A stretch of DNA of 63,720 nt, counting the filler, from Rozella allomycis CSF55 (Eukaryota), in NCBI GenBank assembly GCA_000442015.1. It is 9 parts of 9 records of this genome, joined end to end, with 100 filler letters (N's around TTAATTAATTAA, not from the genome) between each part and the next. Parts side by side here need not be neighbours in the genome. Positions count along the whole stretch, not along the records: positions 1 to 22,912 come from KE560951.1; 8 more parts are not named here. The stretch is one strand, 5' to 3'. This document shows positions 11,417 through 23,012 of the stretch, piece by piece. The translations under genes and the position numbers were made by a program. How positions within the stretch are numbered: the stretch's first letter is position 1; every line of letters starts with the position of its first letter. Below the pieces are notes generated by a model. The model was given only the letters and a program-made list of their open reading frames with translations. It had not been told where the DNA came from and ran no database searches.

Positions 11417-11708
11417 CGTATTTCTGTAATTTTCCAAAAACCGAGTTATCCTATTTTTTAAAACATAGAGCTCGATAAATCGAGATATTTTTTTCGTCAA
11501 AGAAGTGAAGGTATCTTGAAAATGAAATGGAAGCTAGTGAAAGTTGAAGGTTTTCCCGAAAGGAGTGTATTTTGAACAATTGGATAATGGATTTGCTCAT
11601 TTAAATTTATGGACTTATGGCTTCATAATTTAAATAGCATTTACCTTTAAAGGCTGGAAAGGATGATATCGCAATTGACTAAATTTTTGAAATTCCAATT
11701 ATCAGACA

Positions 11709-13145
11709 ATGGGGGTTCTACGATCAATTCTATTCATTGCGCTTAATATGTATTTAGCCATTGTCATAACAAACTCGCTGTACCTATTTTTTGATGAATT
11801 TTGGATATTTCTTATCGTTCGACTATTCTATTTGGTTCTGATAGTGACGTCAGTGTCATATGACTCGATTAATCATGATGTATCTATATTGGTTTTGTTT
11901 TCTTTAAATTTTTTAGACTGCACCTTAAATTTATTTGGGATGACTGATTTAATATCAATGATGACAAAAGTTCTTGTTGTTTTATTGATATCATCATTTG
12001 TGTCAATTATGATTGCTGGTGGCGTTGGGTTTCAAATTATGCTTCGCCGTGTATTTGTTGAAAGAATCTGTTGGAGAAATGTTGAATCGGAGCCAATGTC
12101 TACGAAAGATGATTGGATTGTATTGATGGCAAAGTCAGTGTCATTTCCATATTCTTGGATAAAAAATTTACAAATAAAATCAAAATTTTTGAAAATGGGA
12201 ATGTGGATGGTTGAAGGATTACTATTTTCTCTAGTATTTGGCAAAGATGCTTTGGAGCCATTACTGGTAAACATGAAGATCGAGTATTTAAAATATGTTT
12301 GCAAGTTGCAAGAATGCAATGATTGGCATTCCTTACACCAAGATCATGTTGAGTTTAAGGTGCTTGCTGTATCGTCAACTAATGCGATGATTGAATATGA
12401 TGAATACAGTGAAGATTGGCTATTTACAATTAACGGAGAGTTTTATGGTGATTACATTGTTAATAAAAGATTAAAACTTTTACTGTTTAAATCGCTACAT
12501 CCAAACACCGACTATCGGGTGACAATATTCAAAGAAGGATCCAACGTTAATAAAATAGATTTTATTACTCTGCCAAGTGGTAATAGCTTTAATTAAGCCT
12601 TTGTAGGTGCTGTTAGTGTTTTGAGTTGCATCAATGAGAATGAATTTGAAAATCTGGAAGGAACGATTTTTGATCAAAACTCATTGAATGATCGATTAGT
12701 AGAATTCTCTACGCAATATTTTAATTTAACAAATAAATTAAAACGATTGAGAAAAAGAAAAGAAGATTTAATAAATTCACATAAAAAGAAAATGAATTTT
12801 CTTAAACTTAATAATTTGCTTTATTCAGATGAACGAATTGACTACCTTAAAACAATACATCCAACAAATAAATTCATTGATAATATTAATAAACGTATCA
12901 ATAAAGTTTCTAAAGAGTATCAAGCTGTATTAAATGAACGAAAGCGGGATCATGAATTGAACAGCGCTTTAAAGGAAGAGGTTGAAAATCTAGAAAATGA
13001 ACTTCAAAAATTGAAAGATAAATATAAGAATATGTTGGAACACAAAAATGATCAAAATGTTTTATTTGAGGGTGAAGACAAGTCCAAGTTTAGGGTGTCA
13101 ATTGATTTGNAGACAAGTCCAAGTTTAGGGAGTCAATTGATTTGA
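11709..13145 (+). CDS. Hypothetical multi-TM protein with FN3-like segment and coiled coil
   Basis: Four hydrophobic helices, LHPNTDYRVTI FN3-like strand, short intron near 12580-12606, coiled-coil tail; 3' end disturbed by N at 13110. Confidence 0.55.
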
Positions 13146-13594
13146 ATTTGTCAAACAGGGAAAATAATATTCTACAAATGTTTTACCAACGCCATCCATA
13201 CCTCAAAAACGCTTCAATCGCCACGATTAAACAGATTAACGTGGCGACGAGAAAATGTTTTGATTGTGACACAGATTCCATTGAAATATCTGAATCACTT
13301 ATTTCCCAATACTCAGAGGCTATGAAAACTCTAAAAACTGTAACAGAAAAGGAATCGGCTGAAAGGGAATTACAAATGAAGAAATCTGAATCTCAACTAC
13401 TTGAATTAACACAAGAATTAGAAAGATTAGTCCAAGAAGAAGAAATATTAAAAGCATCGCTAGTTAATAGACAAAGTCTCAGAAAGGAATGTAGATCTTT
13501 ATGGCAAAGGAGGGAAGAATTGAAATCAATGCGCAAGGAAACTCTTGAATTATTCCTAAAAACTAAACAATCCATCGATTGTACAACTACTTGA
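13142..13594 (+). CDS. Hypothetical coiled-coil protein (possibly the continuation of the upstream gene across the N at 13110)
   Basis: 150-codon ORF with heptad-rich E/K/L sequence. Confidence 0.45.
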   Translation: MNLSNRENNILQMFYQRHPYLKNASIATIKQINVATRKCFDCDTDSIEISESLISQYSEAMKTLKTVTEKESAERELQMKKSESQLLELTQELERLVQEEEILKASLVNRQSLRKECRSLWQRREELKSMRKETLELFLKTKQSIDCTTT

Positions 13595-13734
13595 AATCTT
13601 CATCGATTGTACTCTTCTTACTTGAAATAAATTCCATGGTTATAAATATATATTTTTAAACAACTTTTTCTATTTCCGTCATTCGATTTGAAACAGGAGC
13701 ACACCCCACTGTTACAGACCCAAAATCATCAAAA

Positions 13735-14871
13735 ATGCGACATATATTTTTTCTAGTTATACAAACGTTTCTAATATTTTCCATAGCTCAACCTATCTTA
13801 GCCAATGGGCAAGGCGTTGTCCAGTCCACATTTCCTGGTCACAATATTCCAACCGGTCAGCAAAGGGCAAATCACCCTCTAGGAACCCAACAACCAAAAT
13901 TAAATCCTTCCGACCAAAAGCAAACTAATTGTATAACTCTTGTTGATCAAGCATCAATCATATCGTTATCCGACACTGGCCCAACATTCACAAAATCATG
14001 TGATCCTTCTTTGGTATCTCGCCAGTTAGATGGATGCAATATTCACCAATTACTTGACAATGGAATGTTAGGCTGCTATCAATGCGCACCTCAATTGATC
14101 CCCGCTATCGTCAATAGAATTTTTGGTCTTTCACAAGTTCTTCAAACACCCTCATGTATTGACCAGTTTGCAGCCGTACCTGGGTGTGTGGTATACAACG
14201 AGGTTAGAACACTTTACCGATATCAGTGTGCACAATGCCAAACATCGTCAATGCGAATAGTAGAGCTTGTGAATGGAGCTCTTAGTCAGACAATATGCGC
14301 AGAAACGTTAGATATTTCTGGAGGACAGTGGTCAAGCTGCACCAAAGTGCGACCGGCCATGTGGGGAGAGAGCAACTTCAAGTTCATTTGCGTAGACGAC
14401 AAGGCGGCTACCAGTGTACGATTACTAGTGAACACTCCAAAGAATGATAATGATTCTAAAAGTCCTGATAACAACCAAGCTGCATCTCAATCCTCGCCAG
14501 ATGATATCTCATGCTTGTTTGGATCTTCAAAAGGAATTCTACAATTCGATGGTAACTGTAACGCCCCAACTACAGGAAACAGTTGGATAAAAAATGAATC
14601 CAACAACTTTTGTCTTGCTTCATCCTTGAATTTCTGCTTATCAATTTCAAATATCAATGCAAATGATAAACAAGCAGATATTGTACTAGGACCACCAAGC
14701 ACTGATAACACATTCCGCTTTGGTGCATCTGGAAAACTATTTTGCTATGACAGAGAAAATCAAATTGTAGGGTGCTTTGGGATAAAGAAAAATGCCCCGA
14801 TTCTCCTGTTGGGAGATGATTTAGATACAATTGACAAATGTACCAGCCTTACAACAGCGCAAAATCAATAA
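13735..14871 (+). CDS. Secreted cysteine-rich protein with a possible C-terminal ricin-B-like domain
   Basis: Signal peptide MRHIFFLVIQTFLIFSIAQPILA; repeated Cys modules (GC..CYQC, GC..QCAQC); low-complexity linker; C-terminal FCL..FCLSI..IVLG..F.F pattern; intronless. Confidence 0.65.
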   Translation: MRHIFFLVIQTFLIFSIAQPILANGQGVVQSTFPGHNIPTGQQRANHPLGTQQPKLNPSDQKQTNCITLVDQASIISLSDTGPTFTKSCDPSLVSRQLDGCNIHQLLDNGMLGCYQCAPQLIPAIVNRIFGLSQVLQTPSCIDQFAAVPGCVVYNEVRTLYRYQCAQCQTSSMRIVELVNGALSQTICAETLDISGGQWSSCTKVRPAMWGESNFKFICVDDKAATSVRLLVNTPKNDNDSKSPDNNQAASQSSPDDISCLFGSSKGILQFDGNCNAPTTGNSWIKNESNNFCLASSLNFCLSISNINANDKQADIVLGPPSTDNTFRFGASGKLFCYDRENQIVGCFGIKKNAPILLLGDDLDTIDKCTSLTTAQNQ

Positions 14872-14881
14872 AGTATATTTA

Positions 14882-15572
14882 TTACTCGAAAATGTCTTGA
14901 ACAAAGTTTATAAATTGATGAATTAGAATTGAGCAAGTGAAAGCAACCACAGCAGATATACACTTCTCTGTGAATGAATGATAATGAAGTAAAGTAATAA
15001 CAATTGAAATTCCATTCAATCCAAGGATTGAATATCCTAATATGTTTAATGAACCATTGTTTAATTCAGACAGTACATAAAGTGAAGAATGAACAAGAAT
15101 AAAGATATGTCCTGAAACATCAGTTCCAAACCACTGTCCGTCTACTTTCAGGCAGCTTGACTTGTTGTGTACAAACAAGGATTCAGAGATATTTGGTCCA
15201 CAAATACCCACATAATGATAGAAAGCTGGAAATGCATAGTTTATAGTAACAAACCAGAGAAATGTATANGTTTATAGTAACAAACCAGATAAATGTATAT
15301 AAGCAATAATTCAAAATCATCCATAGTATTCTCCTTGAATTCTTTCTACTTATAATCATATTTGTGATTGCAAATGCCGAAATATAAGCCCATAGACTCT
15401 TTATAAAATACATATTCAAAACACTCCTCTTTTTGGTAATGATAGAATCACTTTTAGACAGCAACTGAATGAAAGATAACTGATTTATAAAAGGTATATT
15501 TATCGAAATCAACAAAGATACGAATATGATACTAGAGAAAAAGAGGAATGTTTGTCGAAAGTTACGCTTCAT
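14882..15572 (-). CDS. SCS3: FIT (fat storage-inducing transmembrane)/Scs3 acyl-CoA diphosphatase
   Basis: KRSVLNMYFIKSLWAY, GQWFGTDVSGHIFIL and LHYHSFTEK match FIT signature motifs; split by a duplicated segment at N 15269. Confidence 0.85.
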
Positions 15573-16238
15573 AAATTTCCGAAATAACTTGTGCTAGCTT
15601 AGTCGCAATGCATTCTGGTTCTTCCATAGCACCGATCCCTAAATTCAAATAATAATGTATCATTCACCTATATCTCCGCAAGCTAATTTCTTTGATATGG
15701 GAGGTATTATTTGTATTCCCCATGACTCCAAATTTCTCAATTGCACACTGGTTAATGGATGATTCCACATATGGACATTCATTGCTGGAGCAACTAAGAA
15801 GGGCTTTCGAAAATCCCACGCTCTCGCAATACACGTCTATTAAACACAATAAAATAGCTTACTAGAAGATTGTCACAAATACCATGAGATATTTTTGCCA
15901 AACTATTTGCAGACAGAGGGGCAATAAGAAAAACGTCTGCCCATTCACGAAGCTAAAATTTGGGGCTATATGTTAAGCATACTTGAATGTGCAAAACTGG
16001 GTCTCCTAGTTCTTCCCATAGCCTAATAAGTCATGTTTAAGATATTTTACCATTCAGAGTCATCATCGAGAATAGTTTCAGAGCCCAAATTGCTGTTGAC
16101 GAGAAAATGTTTCGCACGGGCAGTCGTAACGATTTTAATTTGAATGTTCCGGTCTTTAATATTTTCTTTAATACAGTGTAATAATTTTTCCAGTTTAACA
16201 GTAGCAACTGATCCAGTAACTCCAACCAAAATATTCAT
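15562..16238 (-). CDS. PPCDC: Phosphopantothenoylcysteine decarboxylase (HFCD/Hal3 family), multi-exon
   Basis: [65 protein letters not shown]; last exon ends EIYEA-TAA at 15562. Confidence 0.92.
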
Positions 16239-16312
16239 GATTTTTACCAAAACGAATTAGAAGAGAAAAATATACAAAAATGGGAATGAATAATTCGAAA
16301 ATGAATTTTTTA

Positions 16313-18412
16313 TTATGAGCCAAATGATGGTTCATGAAATGCATCTGGAAAGTTTTCCATGACAGCTAACCAAGGTCTTTCTACTACAACCATATCGTTA
16401 TCCATAAAATCAACAAACATTAAAGGCTTATAATAATTGTAAATCTTGTACGCGCACTCTTTTTGATTCTTAAACTTCTTTTTATGGTCTGCTTTTCTTT
16501 TCCCCGTAATCATTGCAGGGTTCTTTTGCCCTTTGCAAATCTAAATATCATAGTTATTCAATACGTACTCTGTTCATATCTATCAAACCAAAAAAGGAAG
16601 TTGTGTAGAAAAAGAAAGATTCTGAGCGGTCAGAGTGGAATGCAAACCCTTGGATAAAATCTCTTTCTTTAGTATTTTTGAGAGGATCGCTAATTGATCT
16701 GAAACTAAAGTGTTTCAAATCTAGATCATAAATTTGAATGCATCTATCGAAAGTAGCTAACAACAAAAGTGGGTGATTGTGGTGGAAAGCCATAGCAGTA
16801 ACATCTTTCTCCATTGGAAACGAATCGGTTATAGCAAAGTCGATAATGTCCACAATTGTTATTTTGTTATCTGCGGAGCATAAAGCTATATTTTTTGATT
16901 TTGAATCGACGACAGACTTTATAATCAACCCTGGTAAAGTAAGATTTAAGCAATTACCATCATCCACGAGAAGAACTTTTTCTTCCAAAGAATCATTATC
17001 AAATGCAATCAAAGAATTATGGTCTGTGAATACCAAGATGTTATCAATAAATGCAATGGTTCTAGCGCTTCGAGGAAAAGTCTTTATCTTGACGACTTGT
17101 TTCTCATCAGAGTTGAATTTGAACAATTTTGTTTCGAAAGGATCAGAGACTGCGATTAAAGAGCCGGTATTATTGATAGCCGCCTTAATGATTGGAAGTT
17201 TAAAGTTTAATTGTAAGAGACAAACGGAATTCTTTTCTGCTGTAATATCATCTTTGGAGGAATTTTCCATAATCATATTTTCAAATAGGTTGACTTCCAA
17301 TCCAAACACCTTTACGCTATTTTGTTTTTGGACAAGCATCATGTGACTCTCTTTGGCCAGTGAGATTATTGGATCAAGAGGATAAGGAAGAATGTAACTG
17401 GTTGGACCTTTAGGGAACGACAGGGGCTCATGGTGAAGTCTCAATTGGCAATCTATTCCTCCAGAAACAACTAATCCAAGGTCTTCATTACAAGCAATCG
17501 CACGCACATCATGTGAATGGAGCTTACCGCGGCCAGAAACATGCCATTTTTGCAACGATAATGGAATGTTCTCAGACGTTGTACGTACACGTTGAAACAT
17601 AACAGTCTTTGTGTCAATCCCAGCTGAAAATACATGAAAGTCATCATAAGCAGCAACCGCAAGAACATCCGCCGCGTGTGAAGTAAACGCTTGTAATAAA
17701 ACACCGGTTTCCATGTCCCAAAACGACGTTCTTCCTGTAGAATCTCCACTAACAAGAACACCGTCATTCAAACTGGTAACGCTCCATATAAAGGTGTCGT
17801 CTTTCTTGGTTTGTTCAACAGTCATCTGTTTAACACATTGAAGAGTAACTGGATTCCACAATAAGATGAAACTATTTGCAGTTCCACACGCAATTAAATT
17901 GCTTTTCTTATCCCAACAAATAGATAATATTCTTGTTTGGTCCCTTTTTAACGCTTTTGAATAAATTAATTGCCCATCTGAGATATCAAATAACCTTACA
18001 GATCCATCTTCACATCCAACTGCAAGAATATTTTCTTCTGATGACGCACATATGCACCATGCAGCCCCACCATAAGAATCAATTTGTTGCTTCTGTTTTC
18101 CAGTTTGTAGATCCCATTCTATAACTCGCCCATTCAAGGAACATGAAAAAAGTCTATCGCCAACCCACGTTATTCCTTCCGCAGTTTCATAAGTATCTTT
18201 TTTATAGAATTTCTATAATGTTCAAAATATCATATTACCATTATAGGCAGCCAATGTTCTGTGACATTAAATATCTCTATTTCTCCGTCAGCTCGAGCAA
18301 CTGCTGCAAAGGTTGAATCTCCCGGTTGAATAGAAGGTTTGAAAGATATCGCTTGTATAGCACTCGGTACATAATCTACAAATCTACAGCGGTGCACTTT
18401 AGTTTTTTGCAT
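16313..18412 (-). CDS. UTP4: U3 snoRNA-associated protein 4 (WD40, SSU processome)
   Basis: VHRCRFVDYVPSAI, AVARADGEIEIFN, VSGDSTGRTSFWD, HSHDVRA, MVVVERPW..FHEPSFGS. Confidence 0.93.
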
Positions 18413-18420
18413 TAAAATAC

Positions 18421-18427
18421 TGTGGCT
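18421..18427 (-). promoter_or_regulatory. AGCCACA start-proximal motif (8 nt upstream of the UTP4 ATG)
   Basis: Same heptamer lies just upstream of the FCF1, TAF5 and LRR-protein starts. Confidence 0.4.
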
Positions 18428-18497
18428 TGGCGGCAGAAAAAATGTTAGAAACAATGTAACACACATTATCAGATAGAATGCGGTAATATGCACTTTA

Positions 18498-19842
18498 TTA
18501 CTTTTTTGAATATTTTTCACGTAAAGTAGTGAGTCTGCTAATATAATCATCGCGGTTTATATAGCAGCCACTTAGCCGCCTGTGACCAACATACTCATTT
18601 CTACCATGCAACACTCTCCAGTTATCAAATATAACAACAGTTCCCGGCTCTAATTGAATCCAATATTCATTTCTTTGATCCCGTAAAATCTTTCAGGTTT
18701 CAATTGGGCTTGTTACCTTGTTCCATTCGTTAAGAGCAAAATAGAAATCTTCTATATTCTTGGCATTTTGCTTCGACAGAAACGTACGATCGTTGTTGTT
18801 AAAGCGTATTTGATAAAGTTTATCATGCTCGTCTAGTCTTATAATGGGATTTCCATGTGATATGAATTTCGCGTTTTCATCTCCTACATACTGATGAGAC
18901 AGTTTTATCTTGGTTAATATTTCAAAGGCCTCTGGCTGAAGTCTTTTTAACTCTTCAGCAATGCGGAACCCGTCAACAAACAAGCTCTTGCCACCAATTC
19001 CCTGGAATTCAAGTAAATGGAACATTTGAAGACCAATTGGTTCAGTGAAATATGTAGTATCAGTGTGTGCACCTAAACCGATTGTTGTATATGCAGTATC
19101 GCCATGTTCCAAGTTGGCAGTAAAGTCCCAGTATTTTCCATAGTGTGTCTCTCTGATGAATGAAATTCTACGTGCTAGTGCTTCTGAATCCTGTGTACTT
19201 CTAGTTCAAAACATTACCTTAGCATTGTGCGGCACGTTCTTAACAAAGCAAATACCATATTTCTCAATATTTTCAAGCCATTGAAGTAAAATTTTATCAT
19301 CACTCATTACTTGTTTGAATTCTACTTTTGGGTGGATCTTTCTTATATCTTTAGAGTTCCATAGCATCTTCTTGTTCCTCTATTTAATGGCACACATAAT
19401 TACGAGTTTGTTTCGTCGTTTAACTTGGGATCGTAAGAATTATTGATCAGGTAGTTTTCTGGAAATATAGAGCGATGATTATCACTCCAATGAATTGTAA
19501 TTTTTCCCCTTGAATAGTCTAAAGATCGTGCGTTGATATCTAGAGGAATCTTAATAGGGAAAAATAAGTAAGAACTACTGTATATGTATCAACAAGCCTT
19601 TGCATTGAAACAGAGTGACGACAGCAAGGGCAGTTTTCTCGCAACCAAACATTATTGCTTCTTTAAAGCTATATTTAAATTTACAAAGAGGCAGTTTGTT
19701 GGTTGCTAAAGGTGATTCTACTAGTGTACGTTTTCTGAGAACATACACAACTATTTCTTACCGCTCGTGATTGCGATCCAGCTAGATTGGACGGGATTTT
19801 TGAGAATCCATAATTAAGAAATAGAGCTTTGAAAGTTAACAT
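18498..19842 (-). CDS. TMLHE: Trimethyllysine dioxygenase (TauD/BBOX family, carnitine biosynthesis), multi-exon
   Basis: WLRENCPCC, ISFIRETHYG, DTAYTT.GLGAHTDTTYFTEPIGLQMFH (HxD), QIRFNNNDR, FDNWRVLHGR, RRLSGCYINRDD. Confidence 0.9.
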
Positions 19843-20142
19843 TCGGTTTCTTTGGAGATCAAATTTTCATTGACCGAACTTTTTATTGTCACCACTAGTT
19901 GTTTCATCTAACAGGATTAAGAGATATTCATATTGAGTCCACATCAATGAGTTAAATCTATGTTAGCTATCACTAACGTTAATAGCGTTGTTTAGAGCTG
20001 ACCATAACCCTGATATTACGTTGTAGCGTGGTTTGTGTTGAAAACATTTCAGGTGCAACATTTAGGTATTTTAAACGAATAACTATTGTGAATATATTAC
20101 GTCATCAAGATCATCAAATTATTTAAGCAGGTAGAACAGCGT

Positions 20143-21030
20143 CTACTGAAATTTATTTAAAAGCGCTTGTAAGTTTATAGGCAATGGTTCATCAAGGCTT
20201 TCATTTTCTCTCCACATGCCGCAATTCCATGGATCTCCGATAATTTGATCTCCAATCAAGCTCAACAATCCATTTCCATTAGAACTTTCATCTAAAAACC
20301 TTAAAATTCTCGGAGGCAGACGGCGAGTCAAGTATTTACCGCGAAATTTACCTTTCGCTTTGACAGCTTTATAGTCTTTATCATCAATCAGATAGGTTTG
20401 TGTTGCTTTTACTATCGGGGAACCCCTTGGACCTTGAAAATGGAAAGCAAAAAATTTTTGGTCCTGAAAATAGAATATTGCATATATTCCAGACCCATCA
20501 TTTGAAAATATATTTTCTTTAAAACCAATTTCATTCTTCTTGAACTGTATAAAAGATTTTGTTTCCATGCTTTGTAAGTGGAGGTTTACATCCTTCAGAG
20601 CATCTCTTATCTCAGGCCCTAGATATGAATAAACTTTACAAGAGTCCAATAATAACATCAAAGAGGATAAATAACAACGCCTTGGAATGAGCTTAATTCG
20701 ATCATCGAGTAATGATTTCAATTCAGTGGCCTCAAAATGCTTTGAAAGGAGGCTCTCAAGTGTGTCACTCTCATCGCATTCATCCTCATCTTCCTCATCA
20801 CCAAAACTCCGAAATTCTTGAAGCCCTAAAAAGTATTTGTTCTGAATGTCCTTGTTGTTTTCTATTAACTCTTTTAATGATAATTCTTTGGGTGTCAAAT
20901 CTTCCGGATTCTTCTTTACCTTGGACAGCTTATAAGCAAAAAAGTCCAAGGTCTCATTGGAAAGTTTGGTCAAATCCACAATTGCATCTCCTCTTTGAGC
21001 AACGAAATAGCTATAGGCACCCATGTTCAT
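20143..21030 (-). CDS. Hypothetical intronless protein (295 aa)
   Basis: Long uninterrupted ORF with protein-like composition; no family recognised. Confidence 0.6.
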   Translation of the reverse strand: MNMGAYSYFVAQRGDAIVDLTKLSNETLDFFAYKLSKVKKNPEDLTPKELSLKELIENNKDIQNKYFLGLQEFRSFGDEEDEDECDESDTLESLLSKHFEATELKSLLDDRIKLIPRRCYLSSLMLLLDSCKVYSYLGPEIRDALKDVNLHLQSMETKSFIQFKKNEIGFKENIFSNDGSGIYAIFYFQDQKFFAFHFQGPRGSPIVKATQTYLIDDKDYKAVKAKGKFRGKYLTRRLPPRILRFLDESSNGNGLLSLIGDQIIGDPWNCGMWRENESLDEPLPINLQALLNKFQ

Positions 21031-22002
21031 AGTGCGAAATATTTTGAACCTTTAATAACTATCGAACCTGAACCTTAAAATTGCAGAATTTAGAAAATTA
21101 AATGGTTTCCCCTTCCTTTACTTTAAATATTAAATATTTAAAATGTAAAAAAATTGTTGAGCTATTCACCAAAATCATCATTAAGAAAGTCAGAGTTCAG
21201 TGACATTGAAGCATTAGAGGTTATCATAGCATCACCTAAGAAGGGATTGTAGGCTTTTCAGGTAAATTTATTTAAATCTCGCTTGAAACATTGCCATTGG
21301 TCCCTTTGACATTGAAAACACCATGTACATCTATAAATACGAGTTGACTGATAGGCTATCAAACATATACGTTTGACTTTTATTAATTAAGAGAAAGTTT
21401 GCAGCCATATTTCATTTTGAGAAAGATGGGACAAGTGTGAAGACTGGGATGTGCTTTTGAGGAAAGGTACCGGTAAACGGGAGCTTGTCGAAGGATTGAT
21501 GCGGTGTTTTTGTCAATGGTGATCCGCTGTTGGTGTTAATTCTTGGAATTTGTTGATGAATTTTACAGAGGAGAACTGGGAAACTTATTTTCAACTATGG
21601 TGTCGCTGTTTACAACAAGCAAGTAAACTTAAAACCCCTTTCTACAACATTGAAAACAAAGTCTACTCTCGTCTTGGCTAAATAAAAAAGTTGCCCGAGC
21701 GCTATGATTTTTACGTTTATTCAAACTTCCCCTTGCAAAGCATTGACCAAAGAGAATTGGGAGACGCGCTTTGATGATTGAAGGGCATCTATGTTCAACG
21801 CGCTTCATTCAGCAAGTAAGCCTTAATGGACTTTGAATAATAAGTAGACCCTCAGATAGCGATGAACGTCCGTTTCAATCCAGCAAAAGTTTTCGCAAGA
21901 CCTATGGCGCCCCAAGCAAGTGATAACATTTTGATAATTTTAGTGGTACCAATCGCAAGAAGTCATGGAAAAGAAAATTATTCACATTAATACTGCTGGC
22001 GT

Positions 22003-22335
22003 TGATTTTACCTTTTCTGACCGAGATGTGGGAATGAGTAAACTTATCCAATGTGAGTATGTTCGGTTCCGAATCAAGCTACCGACAGAAATTTTCATGA
22101 AATAGCATTTCTAGCAGATGGCCCCGGATCTGCAAAGTGAAAAGTCAAGATTGTTTATGGAACTTTAGAGATATTTCAGTCGAATCTGATTTTCCATATT
22201 CAGGACGTTCGCTGGAAATGATATTTCATGGCCATTTCTGTCGGTAGGCGGTAGCTTGATTCTTAAAGTACAGTATTCCCAGTCATATTGTATAAGTTTA
22301 TTCATTCCATTATCTTGGTTAGAAAAGGTAAATCC
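22003..22335. mobile_element. Foldback/MITE-like element with ~110-bp imperfect inverted arms
   Basis: 22003-22115 pairs with the reverse complement of 22211-22335 (e.g. ACCTTTTCT..AAACTTAT..GAATCAAGCTACCGACAGAAAT..CATGAAATA..ATTTC). Confidence 0.7.
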
Positions 22336-22649
22336 ACTTTCTTAGTTTCAAAATATTTTTCCTTTGGATGTATTCTTGGGATCGGTGCCCGTTGCCACTT
22401 AAATTATCCCAAATTTATCATGTTGTACGGTTAGAGGAACATAGTAATTTGGTCCTGCTTGAAATCGACGTGTTGCATGTCTATTTATTATTTAACCAGT
22501 CTCTTGATTCTTACGAGCCTGTTGTTGAAAATACTTTACCTTTTCCTCTGTATTCCAATCCAAGAGGTCTTGACTCTCATCATTTTTTGACCGGGGTCTG
22601 AATTGTAAACCTTATCGAATCATCTGCATCTAGTCTATCTCCAAAGCCT

Positions 22650-22860
22650 ATTTTGACCATATAAAAAGAGCTTCCTGGAAGCAACCCATTATTTCATAAA
22701 TAACTTTTATGGACGCGCCAGTGTTTCAAAATTTTAGATTTTCTTTTCCGTAAGGAATTTTACATTTCCATCTTCAACAAACGTCAAATCAGTCAAATAT
22801 ATTCCTTTATCGTATTTCCAACGCTTACCAATCAATGTATGGCACCAATGGTTTTAATCT
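22650..22860 (-). pseudogene. RasGEF (CDC25-domain) pseudogene fragment
   Basis: PLVPYI-G-IYLTDLTFVEDGN..NFE, with a 24-nt GT-AG intron, a 4-bp ATTG duplication frameshift and in-frame stops. Confidence 0.55.
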
Positions 22861-22912
22861 TCCCTATATAGCCTATATCATATATCCCATTGGACTCATT
22901 AGCACATAACAA

Positions 22913-23012
22913 NNNNNNNNNNNNNNNNNNNNNNNNNNNNNNNNNNNNNNNNNNNNTTAATTAATTAANNNNNNNNNNNNNNNNNNNNNNNNNNNNNNNN
23001 NNNNNNNNNNNN
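22913..23012. other. Artificial contig linker (N-TTAATTAATTAA-N); also at 26512-26611, 31950-32049, 33596-33695, 46986-47085, 58854-58953, 61161-61260, 62386-62486
   Basis: Identical all-frame stop cassette inside ~100-nt N runs. Confidence 0.98.
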
